A DNA stretch of 64,000 nucleotides from a bacterium (GCA_021782205.1 JAJXVH010000005.1:6833-70832), one strand, 5' to 3'. Shown: positions 19,098 to 27,813, numbered from the stretch's first letter. The notes: generated by a model not told the origin, from the letters alone. A program made the numbers and translations.

Positions 19098-21349
19098 GAT
19101 TTCACTTCCGGAGTCTCAATTGCTCTCGGGACGGTTATGATGAAGCATGCGCCACCTAACCCGCCCTTGGCCAGGGCTCTAACGGTACCGCCCGTATTCT
19201 CTTGCACGAACATTTTTACGATATATAGACCCATCCCAGTTCCTTCTTGCTCGCCTTTGCTATTCCGACGAGTTGAGAAACCCGCGTCAAACACTTGATC
19301 TTCAGTGCCCGCTTCCAATCCGAAGGCGCTATCCTCGAAGGTCAGGGTATAATTGGCTGGGTCTGCCTTAATTGAAAATCGAATTTTTCGTAAGCCCGGA
19401 TGCTTCGTGATTGCCCACATTGCATTTGTAATGAGGTTTGCGAAGATGCTCTCCCAATCGATAGGGTAAGCCCGAATGGGGCATTCCTCAGCAGGAAGAT
19501 CTGTCAAATCGATCTCTATTTTTTTCTGATGCTGAAGTGATTCACCGAAAGCCGCAAACACATCAAGGGCCATTTTTTTGACGCAGAAAATTCGTTGGCG
19601 ACGCTTATCCGGCCGGACGTTTCCCAAGGCGAAGCCGGCAAATGTTTGAAGCCGTTTGGCGTCCGTCCCGATGTCAGTCAAAACTTGCAAGACTTCGGCC
19701 TCTTTGTCCGACGTAACCATGAAAAAATGGGATTTCAGATTTCGATCCAGCCATAGAGAGTTCGTCGTTACCGAGTTTGCCCAGCCAGAGGTTTCGTGAC
19801 CGAAACAGGCTGCCAAAATGCCAAGAGAGGCCAGGTTTGCCAAGGTGTCTTTCTCGCGTGTCGTTTGGACGCGTAGCAGGTTCTCCTGCTTTACGTTTTC
19901 TTCAAGAGCCTTCATGGAGCGAGATAGAGTTTGCGTTACACGGGCGACAATATCACGTACCTCGTCGCCTTTGGGAGGCACCGTGACAGCGCCAGGGGCC
20001 GGCGGCATGAGCAGGTCGAGTTTCTTCGACAACTCCCCCAGTTCTAAAAGAGCCGCATCGGCCTGGGCGACTGTTTCTTTCGCATCGGCTGGAACGTCCT
20101 GCGCACCGGGCTCTTGTGTTTTGCGGGCCCGTTCGAATTTCTGATGTTGCTTTTCAAAGAAAACGAGAACCTTTTCAGAAAAGATGTAAAGGTGCCGGAA
20201 AGCTCCCCCTTTGACGAGCCCCTCGCGATTGGTCTGATCAATCAGTTCAAGGTTTCTCTCGCGGCTCAAGAATACGGCGCCGACGACTTGGTTGTAGCCG
20301 AGACGCCAATTTCCTTTTTGCTTTACGCCTTCGGGATTTATAGTTCGCCGAAATCCTAGGCGGAGCCAATCACCTTCACCGCTCGGCTCACCGTAAGGTT
20401 TTACGCGAAAGCCATCACGGTATATACGTATTCCCTGGTTATTCTTTAAGAATTGATCAAGCTGAGGACGTCGTAACGACTGACCGGGAGCGTCGAGCTC
20501 GCCTCGGTGAAAAAAATAGAACACAAGAGTTAGAGGGCCGCATCTAGGCTGATCACCCTCATTTTTCGTGAACTCAGTCCACGGCACGGGTTGCAAATGA
20601 TATTCCGTTTGATGGAGCTTCGAAGACATCCGAATTTCAACAAAACCGGCTGCATCGATGGTTCCGAGGACCTTCCAGTAAGCGTTGTTGAGTGCCGCAG
20701 CATCAGGGGTGATTGGCCCATCGAATTTCGGGAATACGCCGCCCGTATCTAATTCCACGCCGAAATCGTAAGACGCGCCGAATGGCGAAACTAGCAGGGA
20801 CAATTCGCTGTGCAGCTCCTCAATCGCAGACTCATCCCATTGATCCTTAAGTCCTTCAAGAATTAAGCGAGTGCCTTTGGGGAACTCCTGCGTCAAACCA
20901 GTTATAGGGTCTTGATTCAGGTTCTGAAGGCTGAAGATGGGGTGGCTTACTTCTTCAAGCCGGGTCGTTCCTTCCGCTTCATACTTCAGCCAATCAACGT
21001 CTAATTCCACTGCCTCGGAAGCGCCAAAGGTGATTGACTGGACGCGAGTTCGCGCACAGAGTCGATCAAGACCTAGGCGGCCAAGGCCTTTCTCCCCCGT
21101 CAGAATCCGACGCTTGCCTTCAGATTTTTTCGCAGACGCCTTGTTTGCGGTGCCTATGACCATCCAATTCGCTTTGAGCGCCTTCGATGACATCCCATCG
21201 CCATCGTCTTGAATGACCAGCGTCATCGTCGCTGTATTCAGGCCCGCAAAGCGAATGCGGACCAAATCAGCATCGGCATCGTATGCGTTCTTTACGAGTT
21301 CGAGGATCGCGGTAACAGAGCTGGAAATGCTTTCTCTGCCGAGTTGCAT
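19094..21349 (-). CDS. GHKL-superfamily protein with N-terminal HATPase_c_3-type ATPase plus a C-terminal histidine-kinase core (H-box + HATPase_c)
   Basis: N-terminal ELVKNAYDADA (N box), DDGDGM (G1), GEKGLGRLG (G2). Central ACFGHETSGW (H-box-like). C-terminal NLITNAMWAI, D..FGLEAG, GTGMGLYIVK (N/G1/G2). Start is taken at the internal ATG (MQLGRESISS..) to avoid an 82-nt overlap with the methyltransferase gene. Confidence 0.7.
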   Translation of the reverse strand: MQLGRESISSSVTAILELVKNAYDADADLVRIRFAGLNTATMTLVIQDDGDGMSSKALKANWMVIGTANKASAKKSEGKRRILTGEKGLGRLGLDRLCARTRVQSITFGASEAVELDVDWLKYEAEGTTRLEEVSHPIFSLQNLNQDPITGLTQEFPKGTRLILEGLKDQWDESAIEELHSELSLLVSPFGASYDFGVELDTGGVFPKFDGPITPDAAALNNAYWKVLGTIDAAGFVEIRMSSKLHQTEYHLQPVPWTEFTKNEGDQPRCGPLTLVFYFFHRGELDAPGQSLRRPQLDQFLKNNQGIRIYRDGFRVKPYGEPSGEGDWLRLGFRRTINPEGVKQKGNWRLGYNQVVGAVFLSRERNLELIDQTNREGLVKGGAFRHLYIFSEKVLVFFEKQHQKFERARKTQEPGAQDVPADAKETVAQADAALLELGELSKKLDLLMPPAPGAVTVPPKGDEVRDIVARVTQTLSRSMKALEENVKQENLLRVQTTREKDTLANLASLGILAACFGHETSGWANSVTTNSLWLDRNLKSHFFMVTSDKEAEVLQVLTDIGTDAKRLQTFAGFALGNVRPDKRRQRIFCVKKMALDVFAAFGESLQHQKKIEIDLTDLPAEECPIRAYPIDWESIFANLITNAMWAITKHPGLRKIRFSIKADPANYTLTFEDSAFGLEAGTEDQVFDAGFSTRRNSKGEQEGTGMGLYIVKMFVQENTGGTVRALAKGGLGGACFIITVPRAIETPEVKS

Positions 21350-21429
21350 TGCGACTCGGGCGCTTACAGAAAAGGGCGTTGTCCCAATAAATTTCCGGGA
21401 CTTGTCCTCATGCTTTTCTTGTTTTTGAT

Positions 21430-22776
21430 TCAAGCTTTGCGCTCGGTGCGTTTCGTAGTCGTCGTGTAAGGAATTGCTCCGACAGCGGCTACAGTTAGGT
21501 GCCGGCAGCAAATTCGCCGATTGAGAAATCTGTTCACCCTATTGGATTTAAGTTGCCTCATCAGGTGCAGGCAGCTCTTTAGCGTCTTATCTTTTGGCTC
21601 GCAAACAATCAGATGGTTCTCTACAGCCACTGAAGCCTTCCCAGCAATCACAGTCGCGGTGGCGCGGTAGGGATGTCCTGGACGAGAAGTCCGCCGAATC
21701 ACGACAAACGGTGCTTTATAAACGAGCCCTTTATGTTTGCGAGTTTCCGCTAATTCACGCAGGGTCCTCCACGCAGGGACAGAGCGAGGATGAATATAGG
21801 GGTGCTCTGGCCCGGATTTTTTGTCTCGGTGAGGAACCACGCGTCCGACGTGCACATCGAAGCAGTCCGAAACAGAAGCAGCCCTCGTTTTGTAGAGCGC
21901 CGGCCATCGCTTTGATTTTTTAAGGTTGGCGTCCCTTCGGACCAAGCGGAGAACAAATACATCTATGTCTGTAGTTTCATCGAAAACGCCATAAGGCTCT
22001 ACGAGATGGACTTCCGCGAGCTCACTAATGCGTTCTCTCCACTGTTCGGAAAATGAGCCAGCCCGGAGGACATCGGGCAGGATGGCGAGGACTTCGGTTC
22101 CGGGTCGACTCCTTTCAAGTGCCGTGACCATGAAAGTTGCCGCCATTGACACTCGGCCACCCGCCCAGGTGCACCCAGAGAGTGTACGAGCAAGACCAAA
22201 TGGGGGGTTCATTAAGAGGGTCGTTGCTCGTTTGTAGGTGTCCCTTTCTAATAGACCGTTGCCGATACGAATCTTCGGAAAAAGGGAAGCTATTGTCGAA
22301 TCTCCAGGTCGAGTTTGACCTAATCGCTGCCTCGCCAAAAGCACCAGCCTTGCTTTGGTCCCGTCGATGAATTCCGGCTGTAAATCGGTGCCTGCCAGTC
22401 GGCGTCCCCATAGCTCAAGGGTTTCAGACAAAGTAGCACCTAATGGCAGCGTTCTTGCCGCCGCCAGCAAGAGATCCCCCATGCCACAGGCCGGGTCATA
22501 AAAAAACCCTTCATGATGTGTAATTCCAGTCCGGCTCAGCAGGCGCGCACCCAATTCAGTCCCAGTAAAAAAGGTCCCGTGCTTTCTGCGGAGATGCCTT
22601 GAGGCAGTCTTCCGTAGCATTGTGCTTGCCTGGCCGTTTAGGGCAGCGACGGCATGTTCGTTCCAGATACCCCCCTGGTCAGGCGTACGTGCAAGTGCCT
22701 GAAGACGGGAAATATAGGTTCGGTAGCCGGCAAACGAACCGGGCCTGGGATTTTTGCGTGCGCCTACGGTAGGCAT
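21430..22776 (-). CDS. N6-adenine DNA methyltransferase, gamma class (motif I then motif IV then TRD)
   Basis: Motif I DPACGMGDLL and motif IV LLMNPPFG, with about 250 aa of C-terminal target-recognition region. Confidence 0.85.
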   Translation of the reverse strand: MPTVGARKNPRPGSFAGYRTYISRLQALARTPDQGGIWNEHAVAALNGQASTMLRKTASRHLRRKHGTFFTGTELGARLLSRTGITHHEGFFYDPACGMGDLLLAAARTLPLGATLSETLELWGRRLAGTDLQPEFIDGTKARLVLLARQRLGQTRPGDSTIASLFPKIRIGNGLLERDTYKRATTLLMNPPFGLARTLSGCTWAGGRVSMAATFMVTALERSRPGTEVLAILPDVLRAGSFSEQWRERISELAEVHLVEPYGVFDETTDIDVFVLRLVRRDANLKKSKRWPALYKTRAASVSDCFDVHVGRVVPHRDKKSGPEHPYIHPRSVPAWRTLRELAETRKHKGLVYKAPFVVIRRTSRPGHPYRATATVIAGKASVAVENHLIVCEPKDKTLKSCLHLMRQLKSNRVNRFLNRRICCRHLTVAAVGAIPYTTTTKRTERKA

Positions 22777-22950
22777 TTGAATAATTATCGCAAATCGTGG
22801 GGCTTTCCTGATGAGTTTTCTGAAAGGCTGCCTTGACGAGAAGCGAGGCGGGGTCCTTTCGATTGATCCAGTTCCGCGTCGTAGGGCCGAATTACTGAGC
22901 GCGCAAATCTGGTAGAATGAGTTACCGCTTAGCGTCCGAGGCCCCGATCA

Positions 22951-23688
22951 ATGCCAGTTATCCCAAAGGACTTAGAGCAAAGGGTTGGACGCGCGGTAGC
23001 GCACTATTGGAGAACGCTCGCCAGCCAGTCTCGAAAGCAGCGCAAGGGCAAGAAGGCTGACCGCGCCGGCCGCGCCGCCGTTGTTGCCGGCAAGCAGATG
23101 AACGGCTTCTGCCGTCTCGTCAGTGACGTTCTCACCGCGAACGGGATGCCAGAGGCGCATATCCATCTGGATAAGAAGCTTGAGCTTCCGGGCTTCTTCC
23201 GGCCGACCAAAAGATGGGACCTCGTGGTTGTTTACAAGGGAAAGCTGGTCGCCGCGATGGAATTCAAATCACAGCGCGGACCCTCCTTCGGCAACAACTT
23301 CAACAATCGTTCCGAAGAGGCCATCGGCACGGCGCACGACCTTTGGACCGCGTACCGCGAAGGCGCGTTTACCGAAAGCCCGCGGCCTTGGCTCGGCTGG
23401 TTGATGTTGCTGGAAGACTGCGAGGATTCCCGCTCGTCGGTCTCGATAGATGAGCCGCACTTCCCTGTTTTCCCTGAATTCAAAGGGACGTCGTACATGA
23501 AGCGCTACGAACTGCTGCTTCGCCGCCTCGTCCGCGAGCGCCTCTATGACTCCGCGACGTTCCTCGTGGCCACTGAAGCAGAGGGTAAGAAGGGCAAATA
23601 CAAAGAGCCCGCCGCCGACCTCCAGGCAAAGCAATTCTTCGCCAGCCTCGGCGGCCACATTGGAACTATTTTGGCGGGTCAATCGTAA
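22951..23688 (+). CDS. type II restriction endonuclease, PD-(D/E)xK fold; XhoI/PaeR7I-like by size and partner
   Basis: 245 aa with WDLVVVYKGKLVAAMEFKSQ (D..ExK catalytic motif). It sits 7 nt upstream of a gamma-class N6A methyltransferase; the family assignment rests on recollection of PaeR7I/XhoI sizes and is not verified. Confidence 0.5.
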   Translation: MPVIPKDLEQRVGRAVAHYWRTLASQSRKQRKGKKADRAGRAAVVAGKQMNGFCRLVSDVLTANGMPEAHIHLDKKLELPGFFRPTKRWDLVVVYKGKLVAAMEFKSQRGPSFGNNFNNRSEEAIGTAHDLWTAYREGAFTESPRPWLGWLMLLEDCEDSRSSVSIDEPHFPVFPEFKGTSYMKRYELLLRRLVRERLYDSATFLVATEAEGKKGKYKEPAADLQAKQFFASLGGHIGTILAGQS

Positions 23689-23695
23689 GAATAGT

Positions 23696-25381
23696 ATGCA
23701 CCCCCTCCTAAACCTCGGAGTCAAGTTCCCTCCCGAGGCCTACAACTACGGCAAGCGCACGTCCGGCGAGACTCATGGCGTCGTGTTGACCAAGCCTCAT
23801 ATCGTCGACATGATCCTGGATCTCGCGGGGTATTCAGAGAATCGCGACTTGGCGAACCTCCGGCTCTTGGAGCCGTCCTGCGGCACCGGGGCGTTTCTCA
23901 TCCCTGCCGCCAGACGCCTTGTCAGGTCCGCGCGACGGCACCGCCGCAAACCCTCACAGCTTTCTGATTGCATTCGCGCCTACGACATTGATCGTGTGCA
24001 TGTGGAAGCGACCAAGCGCGCGGTCGAGGCTGTTCTGAACGAAGAAGGCATCGGGAACGGCGCGGCCAAGAGCCTTGTCGAGTCTTGGATTCATGAGGAC
24101 GATTACCTCCTTGCGCCGCTTGGAGACGAAGGCTTCGATGCGATTGTCGGCAATCCGCCCTACATTCGGATCGAGCAATTGGCCCCGGAGCTGCAGAGCG
24201 AGTATCGCCGCCGATACGAGTCGCTCTTCGACCGGGCCGATCTCTACGTGGCATTCATCGAAAGGAGCTTGGGCCTGCTGAGGCCTGACGGAGTGCTTTC
24301 TTTCATCTGCGCCGATCGCTGGACGCTGAATCGTTATGGTGCGCCGTTGCGCAAGATCATCGCTGAGAAATTCCATGTGAAGGCATACGTCGATCTTCAT
24401 CAAGCCTCGCCTTTCGAATCGGAAGTCATCGCATATCCGTCGATCTTTGCCATCTCTCCCGGCACTCCAGGACCTGTTCCTGTCGCGCGTCTGTCCGACG
24501 CCTCTGCTGACGAATGCGCGGCTCTGATCCAGGGTCTGCGAGCTGGATCGAAGAACGCGATGATATCAACGTACCCATCCTGGTTCATCGCTGACGAGCC
24601 CTGGGTGTTGAGCCCCCCCGAGCATCTGAAAGTATTGCGTGACTTGGAATCGCGCTTCGCTCCGATTGAGGCCGATGGCAAGACCAAGGTCCGCATTGGT
24701 GTCGCGACGGGCTGCGATGCAGCCTACATCGTCGGCGATGACTCAGGCATCGAAAAGGACCGCCTCGTCCCCTTGGTCATGCGCGCCGACATCGAAAACG
24801 GCAAGCTCAAAAACAATCATCATTTCGTGATCAACACGTTCGATGAAGCGGGGCGGACGATCAAGCTGGCAGACTACCCGCACTTGCGCAAGCACCTTGA
24901 CGCTCACGGCCTTGAGGTTAAGCGCCGGCATGTCGCGCAAAAGAATCCGGACTCGTGGTTCCGGACGATTGATCGAGTCTATCCGGAGCTGGTGAAGGTC
25001 CCGAAACTCCTGATCCCAGACATCGCTGGATCGAATGAAGTGGCCTTGGACAAGGGGCATTACCATCCGCATCACAATCTCTACTACGTCACGTCCGATG
25101 CTTGGGACATGGCCGTGCTTGGCGGGCTTCTCAGCTCCAAGGTCGCGCTGTTCTTCATCTGGTCATACGCGACGAAGATGCGGGGCAGCTACCTGCGCTT
25201 CCAGGCGCAGTATCTCCGGCGCATTCGGATTCCGAAGCCGGAGGATATCGCGCCGCAGTTGGCCAGCGACCTCCGCGAGGCCTTCATTGCGCGCGACTTC
25301 AAGCGGCTGGACGTGCTGGCGCTTCGCGCCTACAAGCTCAAGTCTCTCCCCGAATTCGACTTCGTCGATACCAGGAAATAA
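23696..25381 (+). CDS. N6-adenine DNA methyltransferase (cognate to the upstream endonuclease)
   Basis: ATG at 23696; motif I EPSCGTGAFL, motif IV GNPPY; 561 aa. Confidence 0.85.
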   Translation: MHPLLNLGVKFPPEAYNYGKRTSGETHGVVLTKPHIVDMILDLAGYSENRDLANLRLLEPSCGTGAFLIPAARRLVRSARRHRRKPSQLSDCIRAYDIDRVHVEATKRAVEAVLNEEGIGNGAAKSLVESWIHEDDYLLAPLGDEGFDAIVGNPPYIRIEQLAPELQSEYRRRYESLFDRADLYVAFIERSLGLLRPDGVLSFICADRWTLNRYGAPLRKIIAEKFHVKAYVDLHQASPFESEVIAYPSIFAISPGTPGPVPVARLSDASADECAALIQGLRAGSKNAMISTYPSWFIADEPWVLSPPEHLKVLRDLESRFAPIEADGKTKVRIGVATGCDAAYIVGDDSGIEKDRLVPLVMRADIENGKLKNNHHFVINTFDEAGRTIKLADYPHLRKHLDAHGLEVKRRHVAQKNPDSWFRTIDRVYPELVKVPKLLIPDIAGSNEVALDKGHYHPHHNLYYVTSDAWDMAVLGGLLSSKVALFFIWSYATKMRGSYLRFQAQYLRRIRIPKPEDIAPQLASDLREAFIARDFKRLDVLALRAYKLKSLPEFDFVDTRK

Positions 25382-25385
25382 AAAG

Positions 25386-25403
25386 GCCCCTCATGAGAGG
25401 GGC
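25386..25403. terminator. short GC hairpin after the methyltransferase gene (weak or bidirectional terminator)
   Basis: GCCCCTC-ATGA-GAGGGGC preceded by AAAA (a T-run on the opposite strand). Confidence 0.4.
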
Positions 25404-25487
25404 ATAATAAACTGGTGCGCTCCGGCGCCGCGGCATTACTCGAGGCTCTTCTCCCTAGGGTGCTCCCAAAAATTCGGGCCACGTGCT

Positions 25488-25560
25488 GTCGAAAATAAAA
25501 CTGACCTTGCGCCCTCTACCGGACCTGGGCTTCCAGGTCGAGGGCGACAAAGTCAGTTTT
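25488..25560 (-). terminator. rho-independent terminator of tRNA-Asn (island-borne copy)
   Basis: Long imperfect hairpin AAAACTGAC..CGCCCTC / GAGGGCG..GTCAGTTTT; on the minus strand it is followed by ATTTTCGAC. Confidence 0.55.
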
Positions 25561-25565
25561 GATGA

Positions 25566-25582
25566 GCGTACAAAATGGCTCC
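25566..25582. repeat. 17-bp direct repeat GCGTACAAAATGGCTCC (att-like, right copy, overlapping the tRNA-Asn 3' end)
   Basis: Identical to 17679..17695. Confidence 0.75.
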
Positions 25583-25650
25583 GGGCGTAGGATTCGAACC
25601 TACAACCTTGCCGTTAACAGCGGCCTGCTCTACCGTTGAGCTAGCCCGGA
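25576..25650 (-). tRNA. tRNA-Asn (anticodon GTT), CCA encoded
   Basis: Reverse complement TCCGGGCTAGCTCAACGGTAGAGCAGGCCGCTGTTAACGGC..GGTTCGAATCC..GCCCGGAGCCA; anticodon loop CTGTTAA. Confidence 0.85.
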
Positions 25651-25766
25651 ATGGACCAGCAGTATAGCAAGGCTCGACGGTCCGGTCAAAGCGCGCGCGG
25701 GCGTTTGCCGAGAATTTACTCGGGCGGGCTTGATTTTTTTCGGGGAGATGACTATGCTTGCGACGT

Positions 25767-26825
25767 ATGGCAGACACCATCGACCTTTCCACCTTGCTCG
25801 CGGACGTGGTCTCGCGCGGAGGCTCCGACCTCCACTTGATCCACGGCATCCCCCCCATCGCGCGCATCGCCGGCGAGATCGGCGCCTTGCCCTACCCGGC
25901 CATGAGCTCGGAAGCGATCTATAAAATTCTCGAGCCGTTTCTTCACGACGCGCACAAAGGCACTTTCAAAGACGAGATGCGCGTCAACTTCTCGCAGACC
26001 ATCGCCGACGTAGGGCGCTTCCGTTTCAATCTCTATCTCGCGCTCGGCACGGTGGGTGCGACCATCCGCGTGATCCCGACCAAGACGTATCCGCTGTCCT
26101 CTCTAGGCCTGCCGCCGGTCGTCGGCAACCTGGCCTACCGCCGCTCCGGCATCATCTTCGTGACCGGCTCCACGGGCTCGGGCAAAAGCACCACGATGGC
26201 CGCCATGCTGGAGTGGATCAACCAGACCGGGCGTCCGGGCAAGGTCATCACCATCGAAGATCCCATCGAGACCTTGTTCAAGCCCTGCCGCTCGATCTTC
26301 GTCCAGCGCGAGGTCGGCGTCGACACCCCGACCTACGACATCGGCATCATGGACGCCCTGCGTCAGGACCCCGACATCCTTTGCATCGGCGAGATGCGCG
26401 ACGCGGCCTCCATCCGCGCCGCCCTGCTCGCGGCCGAAACGGGCCATTTGGTCTTGACCACGCTGCACACGCGCGACGCATCCAAGACCGCCCAGCGCAT
26501 CATCACCGCCGTGCCCAACGCCGACCAGGAATCTCTGCGCGAGCAATTGGCCGGCACGCTCGAAGCGGTGATCTCCCAGGAACTTCTACCGCGCGCCGAC
26601 GGCAAGGGCCTAGTCGTGTCCTGCGAAATTCTCATCGCCACGCCGGCCGTGCGCCAGCTCATCCGCGAAAACAAGATCGAGTCCATCAACGACGCCATCC
26701 AGGCCGGCGCGCAGGCCGGCATGATCTCGCGCGACGCATCGATCAAGAATCTCTTCATCAAAAAGCTGATCACCAAGGAGACCGCCGCGGAGCATATGCG
26801 CAACCCGGACCTCCTCAACCGCTGA
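25767..26825 (+). CDS. pilT: type IV pilus retraction ATPase PilT
   Basis: Walker A GSTGSGKST, Asp box, ..ISQELLPR.. and a C-terminal AIRNLIREGK-like segment; strong overall PilT pattern. Confidence 0.9.
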   Translation: MADTIDLSTLLADVVSRGGSDLHLIHGIPPIARIAGEIGALPYPAMSSEAIYKILEPFLHDAHKGTFKDEMRVNFSQTIADVGRFRFNLYLALGTVGATIRVIPTKTYPLSSLGLPPVVGNLAYRRSGIIFVTGSTGSGKSTTMAAMLEWINQTGRPGKVITIEDPIETLFKPCRSIFVQREVGVDTPTYDIGIMDALRQDPDILCIGEMRDAASIRAALLAAETGHLVLTTLHTRDASKTAQRIITAVPNADQESLREQLAGTLEAVISQELLPRADGKGLVVSCEILIATPAVRQLIRENKIESINDAIQAGAQAGMISRDASIKNLFIKKLITKETAAEHMRNPDLLNR

Positions 26826-27166
26826 TGGCTTCCGCTCGCCCCGAGCGGCTGCCGCTGGACGAACCCACGGCCGAGTCGGTCTTCCGCGCGTTCCAACTGG
26901 AAGGCTTCTTCCCGGAGTTCAGCGCGGAGTTGTGCGGAACGGTCTTCCCGCACAGCGGCGTCCACCAATTTCGCGCCGGAGAAAAAGTCATCGAAGGCGG
27001 CGAGAACGGCCGCGATCTGTACCTCGTTCTCGCCGGCAGGGTGTCCGCCGACGAGTCGGCTTTCGTCTATCGCCTGGACTACGAGGACGTCAGCTACCTC
27101 CTCAAGAACAATCCCGCGTTGGCCGAACATCTGCACGAGCTGGCCCGCGCGCGGACCGCCCCATGA
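26825..27166 (+). CDS. small cyclic-nucleotide-binding-domain protein
   Basis: TGATG overlap with the pilT stop; FRAGEKVIEGGENGRDLYLVLAGRV matches the cNMP-binding beta-roll signature. Confidence 0.55.
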   Translation: MASARPERLPLDEPTAESVFRAFQLEGFFPEFSAELCGTVFPHSGVHQFRAGEKVIEGGENGRDLYLVLAGRVSADESAFVYRLDYEDVSYLLKNNPALAEHLHELARARTAP

Positions 27167-27813
27167 TCGTCGCCGTCCTCGTGGCGGCTTTGGCCGCAGG
27201 GCGAGCCTCGGCCCAGTCGGGTTTCTCCGCCCCAGGCGACACCGCCGCGTTTGCGCTGCCGGATGGGCCCGCGGGTTTTACTCAGGCGCCCTCCTGCCCG
27301 CGGGGCTTCACCCGACTGGCCACGCCCGACGCGCTCCAGCATTTCCGGTGCGTGCCCGAAGGTTCGGGCACGGCCGCCCCAGCGGCGCCGGGAGCGAGAC
27401 TGCGCGCCGGCGTTCTGTCGTTTGCGCCGCCGCCGGGCTTTCGTGTGCAGGACGATTGGAAGGACTCGGTTCCCATGATCTACATGGAATTGGCGGACTC
27501 GGGTCCCGGCAAGCCCGTGTCGATCACAATCTCGCATCTGGGGCCGAATCAGTCCGATTTCGCCGACCTCGACGCGGCGGTGCGCCGCGACGAGCGCTGG
27601 CAAGGAGCGCGCGAGGTCAAGCCCCTGCGCGTGCTCGGCGTTGACGCGCGCGTCACGGAGGTTCCTGAACGTGCGCTGTCGGTCTATCTTCCGGACGGTC
27701 GGGATTCGTATTATGCCTTCGTGTTCTCCGGTCCCGAGTCTCTCTACGCGCGTCGCCGCCCGGATTTTCTGCGCCTGCTCAAAAGCGTCCGGCGCCAGGC
27801 CCGCCGCCCGTGA
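27163..27813 (+). CDS. secreted hypothetical protein
   Basis: ATGA overlap with the upstream gene; signal peptide MIVAVLVAALAAGRASAQ. Confidence 0.5.
   Translation: MIVAVLVAALAAGRASAQSGFSAPGDTAAFALPDGPAGFTQAPSCPRGFTRLATPDALQHFRCVPEGSGTAAPAAPGARLRAGVLSFAPPPGFRVQDDWKDSVPMIYMELADSGPGKPVSITISHLGPNQSDFADLDAAVRRDERWQGAREVKPLRVLGVDARVTEVPERALSVYLPDGRDSYYAFVFSGPESLYARRRPDFLRLLKSVRRQARRP

Noticed and set aside
19094-21511. Longer 805-aa start (MLPAPNCSR..) for the GHKL/kinase gene
   Set aside because: It would overlap the upstream methyltransferase gene by 82 nt, and the extra 54 aa are unstructured. The internal ATG immediately precedes the conserved ATPase N-box.
17696-25565. Island as a prophage or integrative conjugative element
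   Set aside because: There is no integrase, excisionase, terminase, capsid, relaxase or T4SS gene. The content is only restriction/defence-type genes, so I call it a small defence island or integrative-element remnant.
26213-27166. 317-aa ORF running through the 3' half of pilT
   Set aside because: It is out of frame with pilT and Arg/His/Pro-rich until 26825. Only the last 113 codons (the cNMP-binding domain), starting at the ATG that overlaps the pilT stop, are credible.
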